Assembly (NCBI GenBank): GCA_965369705.1
Contig: CBDURF010000001.1
Location: forward strand, 3,361 to 67,360
Direction of reading: 5' to 3'
DNA from: an uncultured bacterium
Lineage (GTDB): Bacteria; Krumholzibacteriota; Krumholzibacteriia; LZORAL124-64-63
DNA length: 64,000 nt
Shown here: positions 29,454-39,083 of the stretch, piece after piece
Layout: each line of letters starts with the position of its first letter
How positions within the stretch are numbered: the stretch's first letter is position 1
Program-made: the position numbers and the translations under genes
Notes under the pieces: model-generated
What the model saw: only the letters and a program-made list of their open reading frames with translations
Databases searched by the model: none
What the model was told of the DNA's origin: nothing

Positions 29454-30725
29454 CTATTCCCCGGCGGAGGGCCGGCGGTCGACGAGACCGACAGCCGTCC
29501 TGCGGGCTTGATTATCGACGGCCAGGGCGGTGGCGAGGTCATTCACCTCGGCCGGCGCTTCGGTCGCCAGACTGTCTTCGATGATGTGCGGAATGTCCCC
29601 ATACCCGATGCGGCCGTTCAGCAGCGCCGTCACGGCTACCTCGTTTGCGGCGTTGAGGACAATGGGCGAGGCGCCGCCGGCCACGCCGGCCTCGCGGGCC
29701 AGACGCAGACAAGGGAACCGCACCGGATCCGGAGCTTCAAACAGGAGAGACCCGGTCTCGACCAAATCTAGCCTGCCCGTCTCCAGGGGCCAATGCTTTT
29801 CCCCGCTGATGGCATATTGCAGGGGTATGCGCATATCCGGCGTCCCGAGCTGCGCCAACAGAGCGCCGTCCACGAACTCCACCAGGGAGTGCACGATGGA
29901 CCCGGGGTGCACCACCACGTCGATCCTGTCGTAGGAAACCCCGAACAGGTGATGGGCTTCGATGATTTCGAGCCCCTTGTTCATAAGAGTCGCCGAGTCG
30001 ACAGTGATCTTGGGCCCCATGTTCCAGGTGGGATGATTCAGGACCTGCTCGAGAGTCACCCGCTCCAAATCCTCTGCGCTGGTTTTCCGGAAGGGACCGC
30101 CGGAAGCCGTCAGGATCAGGCGCCTGATCTCCTCTTCCCTGCGCCCGGACAGACATTGAGCGATGGCCGCGTGCTCCGAATCAACCGGCAGGATCTCGGC
30201 GCCGCCGGCCATCACGGCTTCGGCAACCAACTCGCCCCCGACCACCAGGGATTCCTTGTTGGCCAGGGCGATCCGCAGGCCGCGCCCCGCCGCCGCGAGG
30301 GTCGGCTCCAGCCCCACCGCGCCGACCAGACCGTTGACCAGACAATGGGCGTCGGCCGCCTCTGTCACGGCCTCCAACAGTCCCCGGGGACCTGGGCCGA
30401 GCAGACGTTTTCCCAGCCCCGGCAGGGCGGCTGCCGCGGCATGGGCCACGGGGTCGGTCACCGCCACCAGGGGGAGCTCGTGGTCCGGGCAGGCCGCGGC
30501 CAGATCCTCCAGGAGGCCGACAAGTTCCGGAACCCGTGACCGGCAACTGACGGCTGCCACCTGGAGCTTGTCCGGTTGACGTTTCACAAGGTCCAGGGTC
30601 TGGGTCCCGATGGACCCGGTCGCCCCCAGCACGATCAGGCGCAGGGGTGACGGGAATTCCAGCAGGGGCCGGCCGCAGGGATACAGGCAATGATGATCAC
30701 GATGTCCGGTGGGATTCGGTTTCAT
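29454..30725 (-). CDS. dxr: 1-deoxy-D-xylulose-5-phosphate reductoisomerase
   Basis: LIVLGATGSIGTQTLD NADPH motif and full Dxr. The ATG at 30725 is the first ATG; it leaves an unusual ~28-aa N-terminal leader, so the true start is uncertain. Confidence 0.85.
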   Translation of the reverse strand: MKPNPTGHRDHHCLYPCGRPLLEFPSPLRLIVLGATGSIGTQTLDLVKRQPDKLQVAAVSCRSRVPELVGLLEDLAAACPDHELPLVAVTDPVAHAAAAALPGLGKRLLGPGPRGLLEAVTEAADAHCLVNGLVGAVGLEPTLAAAGRGLRIALANKESLVVGGELVAEAVMAGGAEILPVDSEHAAIAQCLSGRREEEIRRLILTASGGPFRKTSAEDLERVTLEQVLNHPTWNMGPKITVDSATLMNKGLEIIEAHHLFGVSYDRIDVVVHPGSIVHSLVEFVDGALLAQLGTPDMRIPLQYAISGEKHWPLETGRLDLVETGSLLFEAPDPVRFPCLRLAREAGVAGGASPIVLNAANEVAVTALLNGRIGYGDIPHIIEDSLATEAPAEVNDLATALAVDNQARRTAVGLVDRRPSAGE

Positions 30726-30760
30726 GGCCTTGAGCACCTCCCCCTTGCGGGTCTCGCGGA

Positions 30761-31624
30761 TCAGATGATGAAAAAGCGGAAGTAATAGTAAAGCACCGGC
30801 ACGGTGAACAGCAGGGAATCGAAGCGGTCCAGGACGCCTCCATGCCCCGGGATCAACTCCGCCGAATCCTTGATGCCCGCATCCCGCTTGATCATGGATT
30901 CCACCAGATCGCCAAGCTGGGCCATGACACCGGTGATCAGGCCGACCACCGTGGCGCCCAGGGGCGTCAGGAACGGTGTCAATCCCTTGGCGCAGAGCCA
31001 GCCGCAGAGCCCCGCGGCAAACAGCCCACCCACGGCGCCTTCCACCGTCTTCTTGGGACTGATCCGGGGTATCAGTTTGTGCCGGCCGAAGGCCACCCCG
31101 CACAGGAAGGCCCCCGTGTCCGTCGCCCAGGTCACCAGGGCGGCGAAGAAGACCAGCCGGGCCCCGATATTGTCATCCAGGCCCAGGGCCACGGGCAACT
31201 GCCGCAGCATCACTAGATGGCTGCCCATCCAGCCGATGTACATGATTCCGAAAATTGTTACCGCGATGTGGGCGAGGGATTTGGACATGTCCCGGCGGAA
31301 CAGTTCGCGCACCATGATGAGCAAAAGACTGCCGGTCAGAATGAGCGGAACCCCCACACCCTGGCTCCAGGCGTACCAACTGATGGCCAGGGCGCAGAAG
31401 TAGCCCAGGGCCTCGAAGGGTTCGTAGCCTTTGGCGCGCATCAGAACGTAGAATTCCCGCAGGCCGAGAAGAATGATCAGATCGGCCAGAACCAGAAAGA
31501 ACAGACCGCCCCGCAGCGTGATGAAATACAGGCAGGGAACACCGACCAGGATGACGGCAATCCGGGGCAGGATACCGGCGTTCAGGAAGCGGCGCAGTGT
31601 GCGGGGTCTGGTCTCCTCATTCAC
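30761..31624 (-). CDS. cdsA: phosphatidate cytidylyltransferase
   Basis: CTP_transf_1 C-terminus ...KDSAELIPGHGGVLDRFDSLLF. The GTG start at 31624 overlaps the uppS stop (GTGA); the caller's 31789 start would overlap uppS by 56 codons. Confidence 0.8.
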   Translation of the reverse strand: MNEETRPRTLRRFLNAGILPRIAVILVGVPCLYFITLRGGLFFLVLADLIILLGLREFYVLMRAKGYEPFEALGYFCALAISWYAWSQGVGVPLILTGSLLLIMVRELFRRDMSKSLAHIAVTIFGIMYIGWMGSHLVMLRQLPVALGLDDNIGARLVFFAALVTWATDTGAFLCGVAFGRHKLIPRISPKKTVEGAVGGLFAAGLCGWLCAKGLTPFLTPLGATVVGLITGVMAQLGDLVESMIKRDAGIKDSAELIPGHGGVLDRFDSLLFTVPVLYYYFRFFII

Positions 31625-32481
31625 GGGCGGACCTTCAGGAGGCGCTTCCAGCGGGCGGGATCCAACAGGGAATTCCCGTTCTCCTGGCCACCATCGGTCC
31701 GGTCCGCGGGCAGGGCGCCGAAACGGCGTTCGCGGTTCTGGAAGTCGGCCACCGCGAGCAGGAGGTCCCGCTGATCGAAGTCGGGCCACAACACCGGGGT
31801 GATAAGCATTTCCGAATAGGCCGTCTGCCAGAGTAGAAAATTACTGAGACGCGCCTCGCCACTGGTACGGATGACCAGGTCGGGATCCGGCAACCGTGGA
31901 GAGTAGAGCCCCTTTGCGAATTCGTCTTCGGTGACCTCGTCCACCTTGATTTCGCCACGGTTCAAGCGCTCGGCGAGGTGCAGGGCCGCTCGCAGGATTT
32001 CCTGCCGGCCGCCGTAGGCCAGGGCCAGATTGAGCGTCAAACCCGTGTTGCCGGCCAGGACATCGATGGCCTTCTGCAGCGCCTGGCGAGCCTTGTCCGG
32101 CAACTGGTCGAGGGCCCCGCTGGCGGTCAGTCGCACATTCCGCTGGTCGAGCTCATCCCGTTCGGCGACCAATGTTTCTTGCAGGAAATGCCAGAGGGCC
32201 TTCACCTCGGCGGCCGGACGGTTGAAGTTTTCCTGACTGAATGTGTAGAGGGTCAGGACGTCGATGCCGAGCCGCCCGCAGATCTCCACGCAGCGCCGCA
32301 CCGCGTGGCGGCCCGCGCGGTGGCCGGCCAACCGGGGTAGAAACCGCTTCTGGGCCCACCGTCCGTTGCCGTCCATGATGATGGCGATATGGCCCGGCAG
32401 GTCGCCCCGCTCGGTCACCCGGGCCACCAGGTCATCAAGGGCCAGGTCCGCCAGGGTTTCCATGTCGTGTAGTGAGGCCAT
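31621..32481 (-). CDS. uppS: isoprenyl transferase (undecaprenyl-diphosphate synthase)
   Basis: HIAIIMDGNGRWA, YTFSQENF, GGRQE motifs. Confidence 0.9.
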   Translation of the reverse strand: MASLHDMETLADLALDDLVARVTERGDLPGHIAIIMDGNGRWAQKRFLPRLAGHRAGRHAVRRCVEICGRLGIDVLTLYTFSQENFNRPAAEVKALWHFLQETLVAERDELDQRNVRLTASGALDQLPDKARQALQKAIDVLAGNTGLTLNLALAYGGRQEILRAALHLAERLNRGEIKVDEVTEDEFAKGLYSPRLPDPDLVIRTSGEARLSNFLLWQTAYSEMLITPVLWPDFDQRDLLLAVADFQNRERRFGALPADRTDGGQENGNSLLDPARWKRLLKVRP

Positions 32482-32494
32482 ATGAACGTTTCCC

Positions 32495-33052
32495 CTACAA
32501 CTCCATGATTTCCGCCTGCTTGGCGGTGACGATCTTGTCGATCTCCGTGCAGAAACGGTCGGTCAACTTCTGCACCTGGTCCCGGTCGCCGTGGAATTCG
32601 TCTTCAGTGATGTTGCCGTCCTTCTGTTCCTTCTTCAGGGTGTCGTTGGCCTCCTGGCGCACTTTGCGAACGGCGATCTTGCCCTCCTCGGCATATTCCC
32701 CGGCCTGTTTGCCGAGCTCCTTGCGACTTTCCTCCGTCAGTTCCGGAATCTGGATCCGGATCATCATGCCGTCGCTGGCGGGATTGAAGCCCAGGTTGCC
32801 GGCCTGGATCGCCTTTTCGATCTCGCCGATGGTGCCGCGGTCGAAGGGCTTGACCGTCAACAGGCGGGGTTCAGGCACGGCCACGGTCGCCAGCTGGTTC
32901 AGCGGAGTGATGACCCCGTAGTACTCGACCTTGATTCCCTCGAGGATGGCTGGCGTGGCCTTGCCGGTGCGAATGCGGCCCAGGCGGCCCTTCATCATCT
33001 CAATGACTTCCTCCATGGACAATTCGGCGTTTCCCCTGGCTTCGGCGCTCAT
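32495..33052 (-). CDS. frr: ribosome recycling factor
   Basis: 185 aa. The ATG at 33052 overlaps the pyrH stop (ATGA); the caller over-extended to 33166. Confidence 0.9.
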   Translation of the reverse strand: MSAEARGNAELSMEEVIEMMKGRLGRIRTGKATPAILEGIKVEYYGVITPLNQLATVAVPEPRLLTVKPFDRGTIGEIEKAIQAGNLGFNPASDGMMIRIQIPELTEESRKELGKQAGEYAEEGKIAVRKVRQEANDTLKKEQKDGNITEDEFHGDRDQVQKLTDRFCTEIDKIVTAKQAEIMEL

Positions 33053-33765
33053 GACTGTGTCTCCTTTTTGATCCAGGTTCCCGGCTGCTCGCCGGCGATG
33101 ACGTTGACGAGGTTGTCCGGATCCGACATATCGAATACGAACATCGGCAGCCCCTGTTCCGCGCACAGGGTGACCGCGGTGAGGTCCATGACCTGCAGGC
33201 GTTGGTCGATGACCTCGTCGTAGGTCAGCTGCTCGAAGCGTCGGGCGTCGTCGTACCGGTGGGGATCCTTGTCGTAGACCCCGTCCACCTGGGTGCCCTT
33301 GAGCAGGACATCCGCGCTGATTTCCAGGGCGCGCAGGGCGGCGGCGGAGTCGGTCGTGAAATAGGGATTACCGGTTCCTCCGGCGAAAAGCAGCACATGC
33401 CCGGACTGCATCAGGGCCAAGGCGTCGTCCCGTGCGAAGGACTTGGTCAACGGACGCTGCTCCCGGGGACTCAAGACCTTGGCCCGCAGGCCTTCGGCCC
33501 GCAGGTAGTCGCGAATGATGGCCGCATTCATCACCGTACCAAGCATGCCCACGTTGTCGGCGGTCACCCGGTCGACGATCTCCAGGTTGGCCGAGCGGGC
33601 ACGGAAGATGTTCCCTGCGCCGACCACGATCCCCACCTGGACGCCTTGCTGCACGACCTGGGCCACGGCCTGGGCCAGACCGGTCAGTTTCCGGTGGCTG
33701 TACTGCTCGCCCTCGGACATCAGGGCTTCGCCGCTCAATTTCAGGAGGATACGCGTGAATTTCAC
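33049..33765 (-). CDS. pyrH: UMP kinase
   Basis: KFTRILLKLSGEAL N-terminus. GTG at 33765 with GGAAAGG about 10 nt upstream gives 238 aa; the longer ORF would run into the tsf terminator. Confidence 0.85.
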   Translation of the reverse strand: MKFTRILLKLSGEALMSEGEQYSHRKLTGLAQAVAQVVQQGVQVGIVVGAGNIFRARSANLEIVDRVTADNVGMLGTVMNAAIIRDYLRAEGLRAKVLSPREQRPLTKSFARDDALALMQSGHVLLFAGGTGNPYFTTDSAAALRALEISADVLLKGTQVDGVYDKDPHRYDDARRFEQLTYDEVIDQRLQVMDLTAVTLCAEQGLPMFVFDMSDPDNLVNVIAGEQPGTWIKKETQS

Positions 33766-33857
33766 CGGTGTGCGACCTTTCCGAGTGGGGTCCCGCCGGA
33801 GGGGAACCGCAATCCATCCCTGATCCGCCGGCTCCCGGAGGAATGCCGGCCCATCCA

Positions 33858-33888
33858 CAAAAAAAAGCCCGGGCGCAAGACCCGGGCT
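33858..33888 (-). terminator. rho-independent terminator downstream of tsf
   Basis: Minus sense: GCCCGGG-UCUUGCG-CCCGGGC hairpin followed by U8. Confidence 0.6.
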
Positions 33889-33903
33889 GTGAGGCGCTCC
33901 TGG

Positions 33904-34497
33904 CTAACCGCCGATCTGGAAGCGTGCGAAACGCTTGATCTGCATGTTTTCGCCCAGGGAGCCGATGATGGACTTGAGGTAGTCCGCCACCGTCATGTCA
34001 GGGTCCTTGACGTACTTCTGTTCGAGCAGGACGAATTCACTGTAATACTTGTCCACCTTGCCTTCAACAATCTTGTCGATCATTTCGGCGGGCTTGCCCT
34101 GCTCCTCCATCTGGCCCCGGTAGATCTCCTTCTCCTTTTCGACCAGGGAGGGATCGACCTCTTCCCGGGCCACGGCAATGGGGCTGGCCGCAGCGATATG
34201 CATGGCCACGTTGTGGACGAATTCCTGGAAATCGTCGGTTCGGGCCACGAAATCGGTTTCACAGGAAACTTCCACCAGGACGCCGACCTTGCCACCCATG
34301 TGGATGTAACTGCCCACGACCCCCTGGCTGGTGGCCCGGCCTTCCTTTTTCGCGGCCGAAGCGATTCCCTTCTTGCGCAGGTATTCGCCGGCCTTTTCCA
34401 TGTCGCCGTCGCACTCCTGAAGGGCCTTCTTGCAATCCATCATCCCTGCGTTCGTAGCCTCACGCAGCTCCTTGACCATCTTCGCGGTGATATCCAT
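33904..34497 (-). CDS. tsf: translation elongation factor Ts (short form)
   Basis: MDITAKMVKELREATNAGMMDCKKAL...; 197 aa. Confidence 0.92.
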   Translation of the reverse strand: MDITAKMVKELREATNAGMMDCKKALQECDGDMEKAGEYLRKKGIASAAKKEGRATSQGVVGSYIHMGGKVGVLVEVSCETDFVARTDDFQEFVHNVAMHIAAASPIAVAREEVDPSLVEKEKEIYRGQMEEQGKPAEMIDKIVEGKVDKYYSEFVLLEQKYVKDPDMTVADYLKSIIGSLGENMQIKRFARFQIGG

Positions 34498-34641
34498 GAC
34501 TCCTCCAGATTTCCCTGTCCCACCCTCATTCGGGGCCGCGGAGGGAGAGTTGTTGACTCTGCCGGAACGATAGCCGGCCCATTTATTGTAACGGAGGCCC
34601 GACCCCGGTTGGGGCCGGGCCCTCCCGCAATGATTATCGCG

Positions 34642-35517
34642 TCAATCCTGATTGGCCGACTTTTCGGCACCCTCGGCACCCTTGGCGGCTTCGACCGGTT
34701 CGACCGGTTCGGTTGCGGCAGGAGATCCGTCTGCGGCTTCGACCTTGCTGTCGTCACCGGCCAGAGTGGCGCTGGCGGTTTTGGGCTCGTCCTTCGCCTC
34801 GGCCATGTCAACGCCCTGATCCTTGCCCTCGGCCTTGGTCTTGCGGCCCTCTTCGATGGCCTCGGCGACCACCCTGGTGAACAGGGTGATGGCGCGGATG
34901 GCGTCATCGTTGCCGGGAATGGGAAAGGTGATCAGGGTGGGGTCGCAATTGGTATCGACGATGCCGATGACCGGAATGCCCAGCTTGTTGGCCTCGCGCA
35001 CGGCGGTTTCTTCCTCGGCGGTGTCCACGACGAACACCGCGTCCGGAACGCCCTTCATCTTGCGGATGCCGCCCAGGTTGGTATTGAGCTTTGCGAATTT
35101 ACGACTGAACTCAAGCTGCTCCTTCTTGGAGAAGTTCTCCATGCGGCCGTCGTTCATCATGGCTTCGATCTCTTCGAGCTTCTGGACGCTCTTGTAGATG
35201 GTCTGGTGGTTGGTCAGCATCCCCCCCAGCCAGCGCTCGGTCACGTAGGGCATGCCGGCCTTTTCAGCCATCTCGCGGATGGCGACCTTGGCCTGTTTCT
35301 TGGTACCGACGAAAAGGACGGTGCCGCCCTTGGCGCCGACGGTCTTGAGGAAGTCGCAGGCCTTGTTCAGTGCCCGCAGGGTCCTCTGCAGATCGATGAT
35401 GTAGATGCCACCCCGGGCAATGAAGATGTAGGGCTTCATCTTGGGATTCCACTTGCGGGTTTGGTGTCCGAAATGGACTCCCGCTTCCAGCAGGTCTTTC
35501 AGACCGACATTAGCCAT
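34642..35517 (-). CDS. rpsB: 30S ribosomal protein S2
   Basis: MANVGLKDLLEAGVHFGHQTRKWNPKM. The ATG at 35517 is preceded by GGAGG with a 5-nt spacer; the caller's TTG at 35529 is actually the SD. Confidence 0.93.
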   Translation of the reverse strand: MANVGLKDLLEAGVHFGHQTRKWNPKMKPYIFIARGGIYIIDLQRTLRALNKACDFLKTVGAKGGTVLFVGTKKQAKVAIREMAEKAGMPYVTERWLGGMLTNHQTIYKSVQKLEEIEAMMNDGRMENFSKKEQLEFSRKFAKLNTNLGGIRKMKGVPDAVFVVDTAEEETAVREANKLGIPVIGIVDTNCDPTLITFPIPGNDDAIRAITLFTRVVAEAIEEGRKTKAEGKDQGVDMAEAKDEPKTASATLAGDDSKVEAADGSPAATEPVEPVEAAKGAEGAEKSANQD

Positions 35518-35708
35518 GATTGCCTCCAACTAACAAAGGTTGAGCCTCCCCGGCCATCTAAGGAGATGGAAAAACACCCCAGAGAAGATCAGGCCAGGTG
35601 CCACCTGTTCCACTCCTCCGGCCGGGTGTGTAATTTCCGGTCCGCGACCAACCATTCCGTTGACCACGGGACCGTTTGACGCCAAACGCTGGCTCCGGCT
35701 GATCCGGC

Positions 35709-36095
35709 CTAGCGTTTGGAGAACTGGAACCGCTTCCTGGCGCCCGGCTGACCGTACTTCTTGCGCTCCACCATACGGGGATCGCGGGTCAGGAATCCGT
35801 GCTTGCGCAGGGGCTTGCGGTAATCTTCGTTGGCGACCACGAGAGCACGGGACAGGCCGTGGCGCAAGGCGCCCGCCTGACCGGAGATCCCGCCGCCCTT
35901 GACGGTGCACCAGATGTCGAATTCGCCCTCGACACCCAGGCTGGTCAACGGCCGCAGGGCCTGCTGACGTACGGCTAAACCGAAATATTCCTCTACGGAC
36001 CGGTTGTTGACCTTGATCTGGCCCGAACCCTGGGTGATCCAGACGCGGGCGACGGCGGTCTTTCGGCGTCCCGTGGCGTAATATCTTTCTTCCAA
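35709..36095 (-). CDS. rpsI: 30S ribosomal protein S9
   Basis: YATGRRKTAVARV...GGGISGQAGA...RKKYGQPGARKRFQFSKR. Confidence 0.93.
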   Translation of the reverse strand: MEERYYATGRRKTAVARVWITQGSGQIKVNNRSVEEYFGLAVRQQALRPLTSLGVEGEFDIWCTVKGGGISGQAGALRHGLSRALVVANEDYRKPLRKHGFLTRDPRMVERKKYGQPGARKRFQFSKR

Positions 36096-36178
36096 CTTTT
36101 CTTCCTCCAGGCGAGCGCGGCCTGCGGGCCTTCGCTCAGGTCTTTCAGGACATTCAGGACATCCAGGAAATGCTGTCC

Positions 36179-36607
36179 CTACAGTTCGACGATCTTCGGC
36201 TGTTGCGGCCCGTGGGGATGCTCCCCGCCCGCGTACACCCTCAGGTTCGTCAGCTGTTTGCGTCCGAGGCGGGTCTTGGGCAGCATGCCCTTGACGGCGC
36301 GCAGGATGACTTCCTCGGGGCGCTTCTCCATCAGCTTCTTCATCGTGGTCACCCGCTGGCCGCCCATATAACCGGTGTGGCTCAGGTAGACCTTCTTCTC
36401 GCGCTTCTGGCCGGTGAGCTTCACCTTGGCGGCATTCAGGACGATGACGTTGTCGCCCATGTCCAGGTTGGCCGTGAAGGTGGGCTTGTGCTTGCCCCTC
36501 AGAAAAGTGGCCACCTGGGTGGCCAGACGGCCCAGGACGATATCCTCGGCATCCACCACCAGCCAGTCCTTGGCGATTTCGTCCAGCTTCATGCTATAGG
36601 TCTTCAC
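36179..36607 (-). CDS. rplM: 50S ribosomal protein L13
   Basis: KTYSMKLDEIAKDWLVVDA matches the L13 N-terminus. GTG at 36607 with GAGGAG SD 7 nt upstream; 142 aa. The caller's 223-aa version is an over-extension. Confidence 0.88.
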   Translation of the reverse strand: MKTYSMKLDEIAKDWLVVDAEDIVLGRLATQVATFLRGKHKPTFTANLDMGDNVIVLNAAKVKLTGQKREKKVYLSHTGYMGGQRVTTMKKLMEKRPEEVILRAVKGMLPKTRLGRKQLTNLRVYAGGEHPHGPQQPKIVEL

Positions 36608-36821
36608 GGATTTTCTCCTCGAAATGCCGGCCTCACCGGTTGTTCCGGTGGCAATCAAAACCACTGAACACACCCGCGCGCCAACGCGTCGGCCGGGTTC
36701 AGCGGTCGCGTAACCTGTTTTTCTGCAACAAGAAGAGCCGAAAGCCCACAAATTCTCGGCACATTCTTGACCCTTGGCCAGGTCGGATAAATCGGGAAAA
36801 TCCGCCCATTGCAGGACGGGT

Positions 36822-36850
36822 AAGCTAGCAAAGGGAAAGAACTTTGTCAA
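36822..36850 (-). promoter_or_regulatory. putative sigma70-like promoter of the rplM-rpsI operon
   Basis: Minus sense: TTGACA, 17-nt spacer, TAGCTT. It would give a 5' UTR of about 210 nt. Confidence 0.3.
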
Positions 36851-36911
36851 GGAAACCCGACCCGGCTAAAGCCCGGAAATCCAGACACCGCGGGGCTTCA
36901 TCCGGCGGCCG

Positions 36912-37979
36912 TCAGCGCGCAAGGACCGGCAGCAGGGTGTTCTCGAAAGGAGGCCGCAGCACACCGTGTTCGGTGATGAAGGCCGTGATGAGCTCAGCCG
37001 GCGTCACGTCGAAGGCCGGGTTCCAGGCGGCGGACGCCTCGGGGGTGACCCGGACCTCTCCCCAACGGTGCACTTCGACGGGATCGCGCTCCTCGATGAT
37101 GATGTCCACGCCTGTGGCGGTGTCCGGGTCGAAGGTCGAGGCAGGGGCGGCGATGTAGAACGGCACGTCATGGCGGTCCGCCAGCACGGCCAGCGGATAG
37201 GTGCCGATCTTGTTGGCGGCGTCCCCGTTGGCGGCGATGCGATCCGCCCCGGTGATGACCGCATCGATCCGGCCCCGCCGCAGAACGGTCGCGGCGGCCG
37301 AATCGCAGATCACCGTCACGTCGATGCCCTGGTCGGCCAGTTCCCAGGCCGTCAACCGGGCCCCCTGCAGCAGGGGGCGGGTCTCATCGGCATAGACGCG
37401 AACGGTCTTGCCGGCTTCCCTGGCGCCGTAGATCACGCCCAAGGCGGTGCCGTAACCTCCGGTGGCCAGGCCGCCGGCGTTGCAGTGGGTCAGGACCGTG
37501 GCGAAATCCGGCAGCAGTTCCGCCCCCGCACGGCCGAGGGCCCGGCACATGGCGACATCCTCGTCCAGGACCTGGCGGGCTTCAGCCAAAAGGGCGGTCC
37601 CGATCTGCTGGGGACTGCCACCCTCGGTCACCAAACGCCGGGCCAGGGCCCCCACACGGTCAAGGGCCCAGAAGAGGTTGACCGCCGTGGGACGGGTGGC
37701 CGCCAGGAGCCGGCGATCGTTTTCCAGACATTCCAGCATGCCCCTGGTATCCCCGCCCCGGGCGGCTGCCAGGCGCCAGGACAGGGCCAGGCCGTGGGCC
37801 GCGGCCACACCGATGGCCGGTGCGCCCCGGACGGCCAGTTCGACGATGGCCCGGCAGAGGGCGGGGATATCGGCGCACCGCCGCCAGACGAGCCGGTCCG
37901 GCAGGACCGTCTGGTCGATCAGAACGACCTCACCGTCATCCCAGGCCACCACCGGGAAAGGAAAGGGCAGCGAACTCAT
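36912..37979 (-). CDS. mtnA: S-methyl-5-thioribose-1-phosphate isomerase (eIF-2B alpha/beta/delta family)
   Basis: VLIDQTVLP...AIVELAVRGAPAIGVAAA...TGADRIAANGDAANKIGTY. Confidence 0.85.
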   Translation of the reverse strand: MSSLPFPFPVVAWDDGEVVLIDQTVLPDRLVWRRCADIPALCRAIVELAVRGAPAIGVAAAHGLALSWRLAAARGGDTRGMLECLENDRRLLAATRPTAVNLFWALDRVGALARRLVTEGGSPQQIGTALLAEARQVLDEDVAMCRALGRAGAELLPDFATVLTHCNAGGLATGGYGTALGVIYGAREAGKTVRVYADETRPLLQGARLTAWELADQGIDVTVICDSAAATVLRRGRIDAVITGADRIAANGDAANKIGTYPLAVLADRHDVPFYIAAPASTFDPDTATGVDIIIEERDPVEVHRWGEVRVTPEASAAWNPAFDVTPAELITAFITEHGVLRPPFENTLLPVLAR

Positions 37980-38617
37980 GCCAGCACTCCCTTCAGCAGC
38001 TCCCCCAGCCTGGCCAGAGGCAAACCCATCACGTTGAAATAGCAGCCTTGGACTCCCCGAACCATCATCGCCCCGAAGCCCTGGATGCCGTAGGCTCCGG
38101 CCTTGTCCATGGGCTCCCCGGTGGCCACGTACCGTTCGATGGCCGCCGGCGTCAGGGGAAGAAACTCGACCCCGGTTTGCTCGTAGGCGAAAACACCGGT
38201 CTGTCCGGCCGCCCCTCCCACCAGGGCAACCGCCGAGATGACCGTATGACGCCGGCCGGCCAGACGGGTCAACAGCCGCACCGCATCTTCCGAGTCACCT
38301 GGCTTTTCCAAGATGTCCCCCCCGTGGACAACCACCGTATCGGCACCCAGCACCAGACGCCCGGGCTGTCGCGTGGATACATCCCTGGCCTTGGCCTCCG
38401 CCAGCGTCAGGGCATAGGCGGCCGGATTTCCGTGAAGATCGACCAGCGAGGCCGCCAGTTCCGACTCGATGTCCCCGGCCAGACAGACCTCGAAGGGAAT
38501 ACCGGCCACGGTGAGCAGTTCGGCGCGGCGCGGCGAACGGGACGCCAGAACCAGCACCAGACCTTCGGGCCAGTCCAGGAAAGGCGACAGGTGCTTCGGG
38601 TCAAGCATCGGCCCCAT
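37976..38617 (-). CDS. maf: Maf-like nucleoside-triphosphate pyrophosphatase
   Basis: LVLASRSPRRAELL...YGIQG. 4-nt overlap with mtnA. Confidence 0.85.
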   Translation of the reverse strand: MGPMLDPKHLSPFLDWPEGLVLVLASRSPRRAELLTVAGIPFEVCLAGDIESELAASLVDLHGNPAAYALTLAEAKARDVSTRQPGRLVLGADTVVVHGGDILEKPGDSEDAVRLLTRLAGRRHTVISAVALVGGAAGQTGVFAYEQTGVEFLPLTPAAIERYVATGEPMDKAGAYGIQGFGAMMVRGVQGCYFNVMGLPLARLGELLKGVLA

Positions 38618-39068
38618 CTCCCCCGGCTGCTTCCCGGTCGATTATCAGGGTGACCGGCCCGTCGTTGACCAGGGAGACCTGCATCATCGCCCCGAATTCA
38701 CCTTCGGCCACGGTGGGCCATTCCCGCCTCAGCAGCAGACCGAATTCCCCGTAAAGCCGTTGCGCCACATCCGCCGGAGCGGAACCGACGAAACTCGGGC
38801 GCATACCCTTGCGGCAATTGCCGTACAGGGTGAACTGGGATACCAGCAGGATCCCGCCGCCGACTTCCTGCAGCGACAGATTCATCTTTCCCTCTGGATC
38901 GTTGAAGATGCGCAGGCGCGGCAGCTTGCGTGCCATCCAGGCCAGTTCAAAGGATGTGTCCGTCGGCCCGAAGGCCGCCAGGACCACCAACCCCCTTTCA
39001 ATGCGGCCGACGGTTTCCCCGCCGATCAGGACGGAGGCGGGCCCACTTCTCTGGACGACACAACGCAA
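38601..39068 (-). CDS. dtd: D-aminoacyl-tRNA deacylase
   Basis: MRCVVQRSGPASVLIGGETVG...SQFTLYG. Confidence 0.9.
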   Translation of the reverse strand: MRCVVQRSGPASVLIGGETVGRIERGLVVLAAFGPTDTSFELAWMARKLPRLRIFNDPEGKMNLSLQEVGGGILLVSQFTLYGNCRKGMRPSFVGSAPADVAQRLYGEFGLLLRREWPTVAEGEFGAMMQVSLVNDGPVTLIIDREAAGGDGADA

Positions 39069-39083
39069 GGGTTCTCCTGTCGG

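Noticed and set aside
35530-35708. 126-aa minus and 120-aa plus ORFs in the rpsI-rpsB spacer.
   Set aside because: They are Arg-rich frames overlapping the rpsI 3' end and the rpsB leader. The region is more plausibly the rpsB promoter and 5' UTR.
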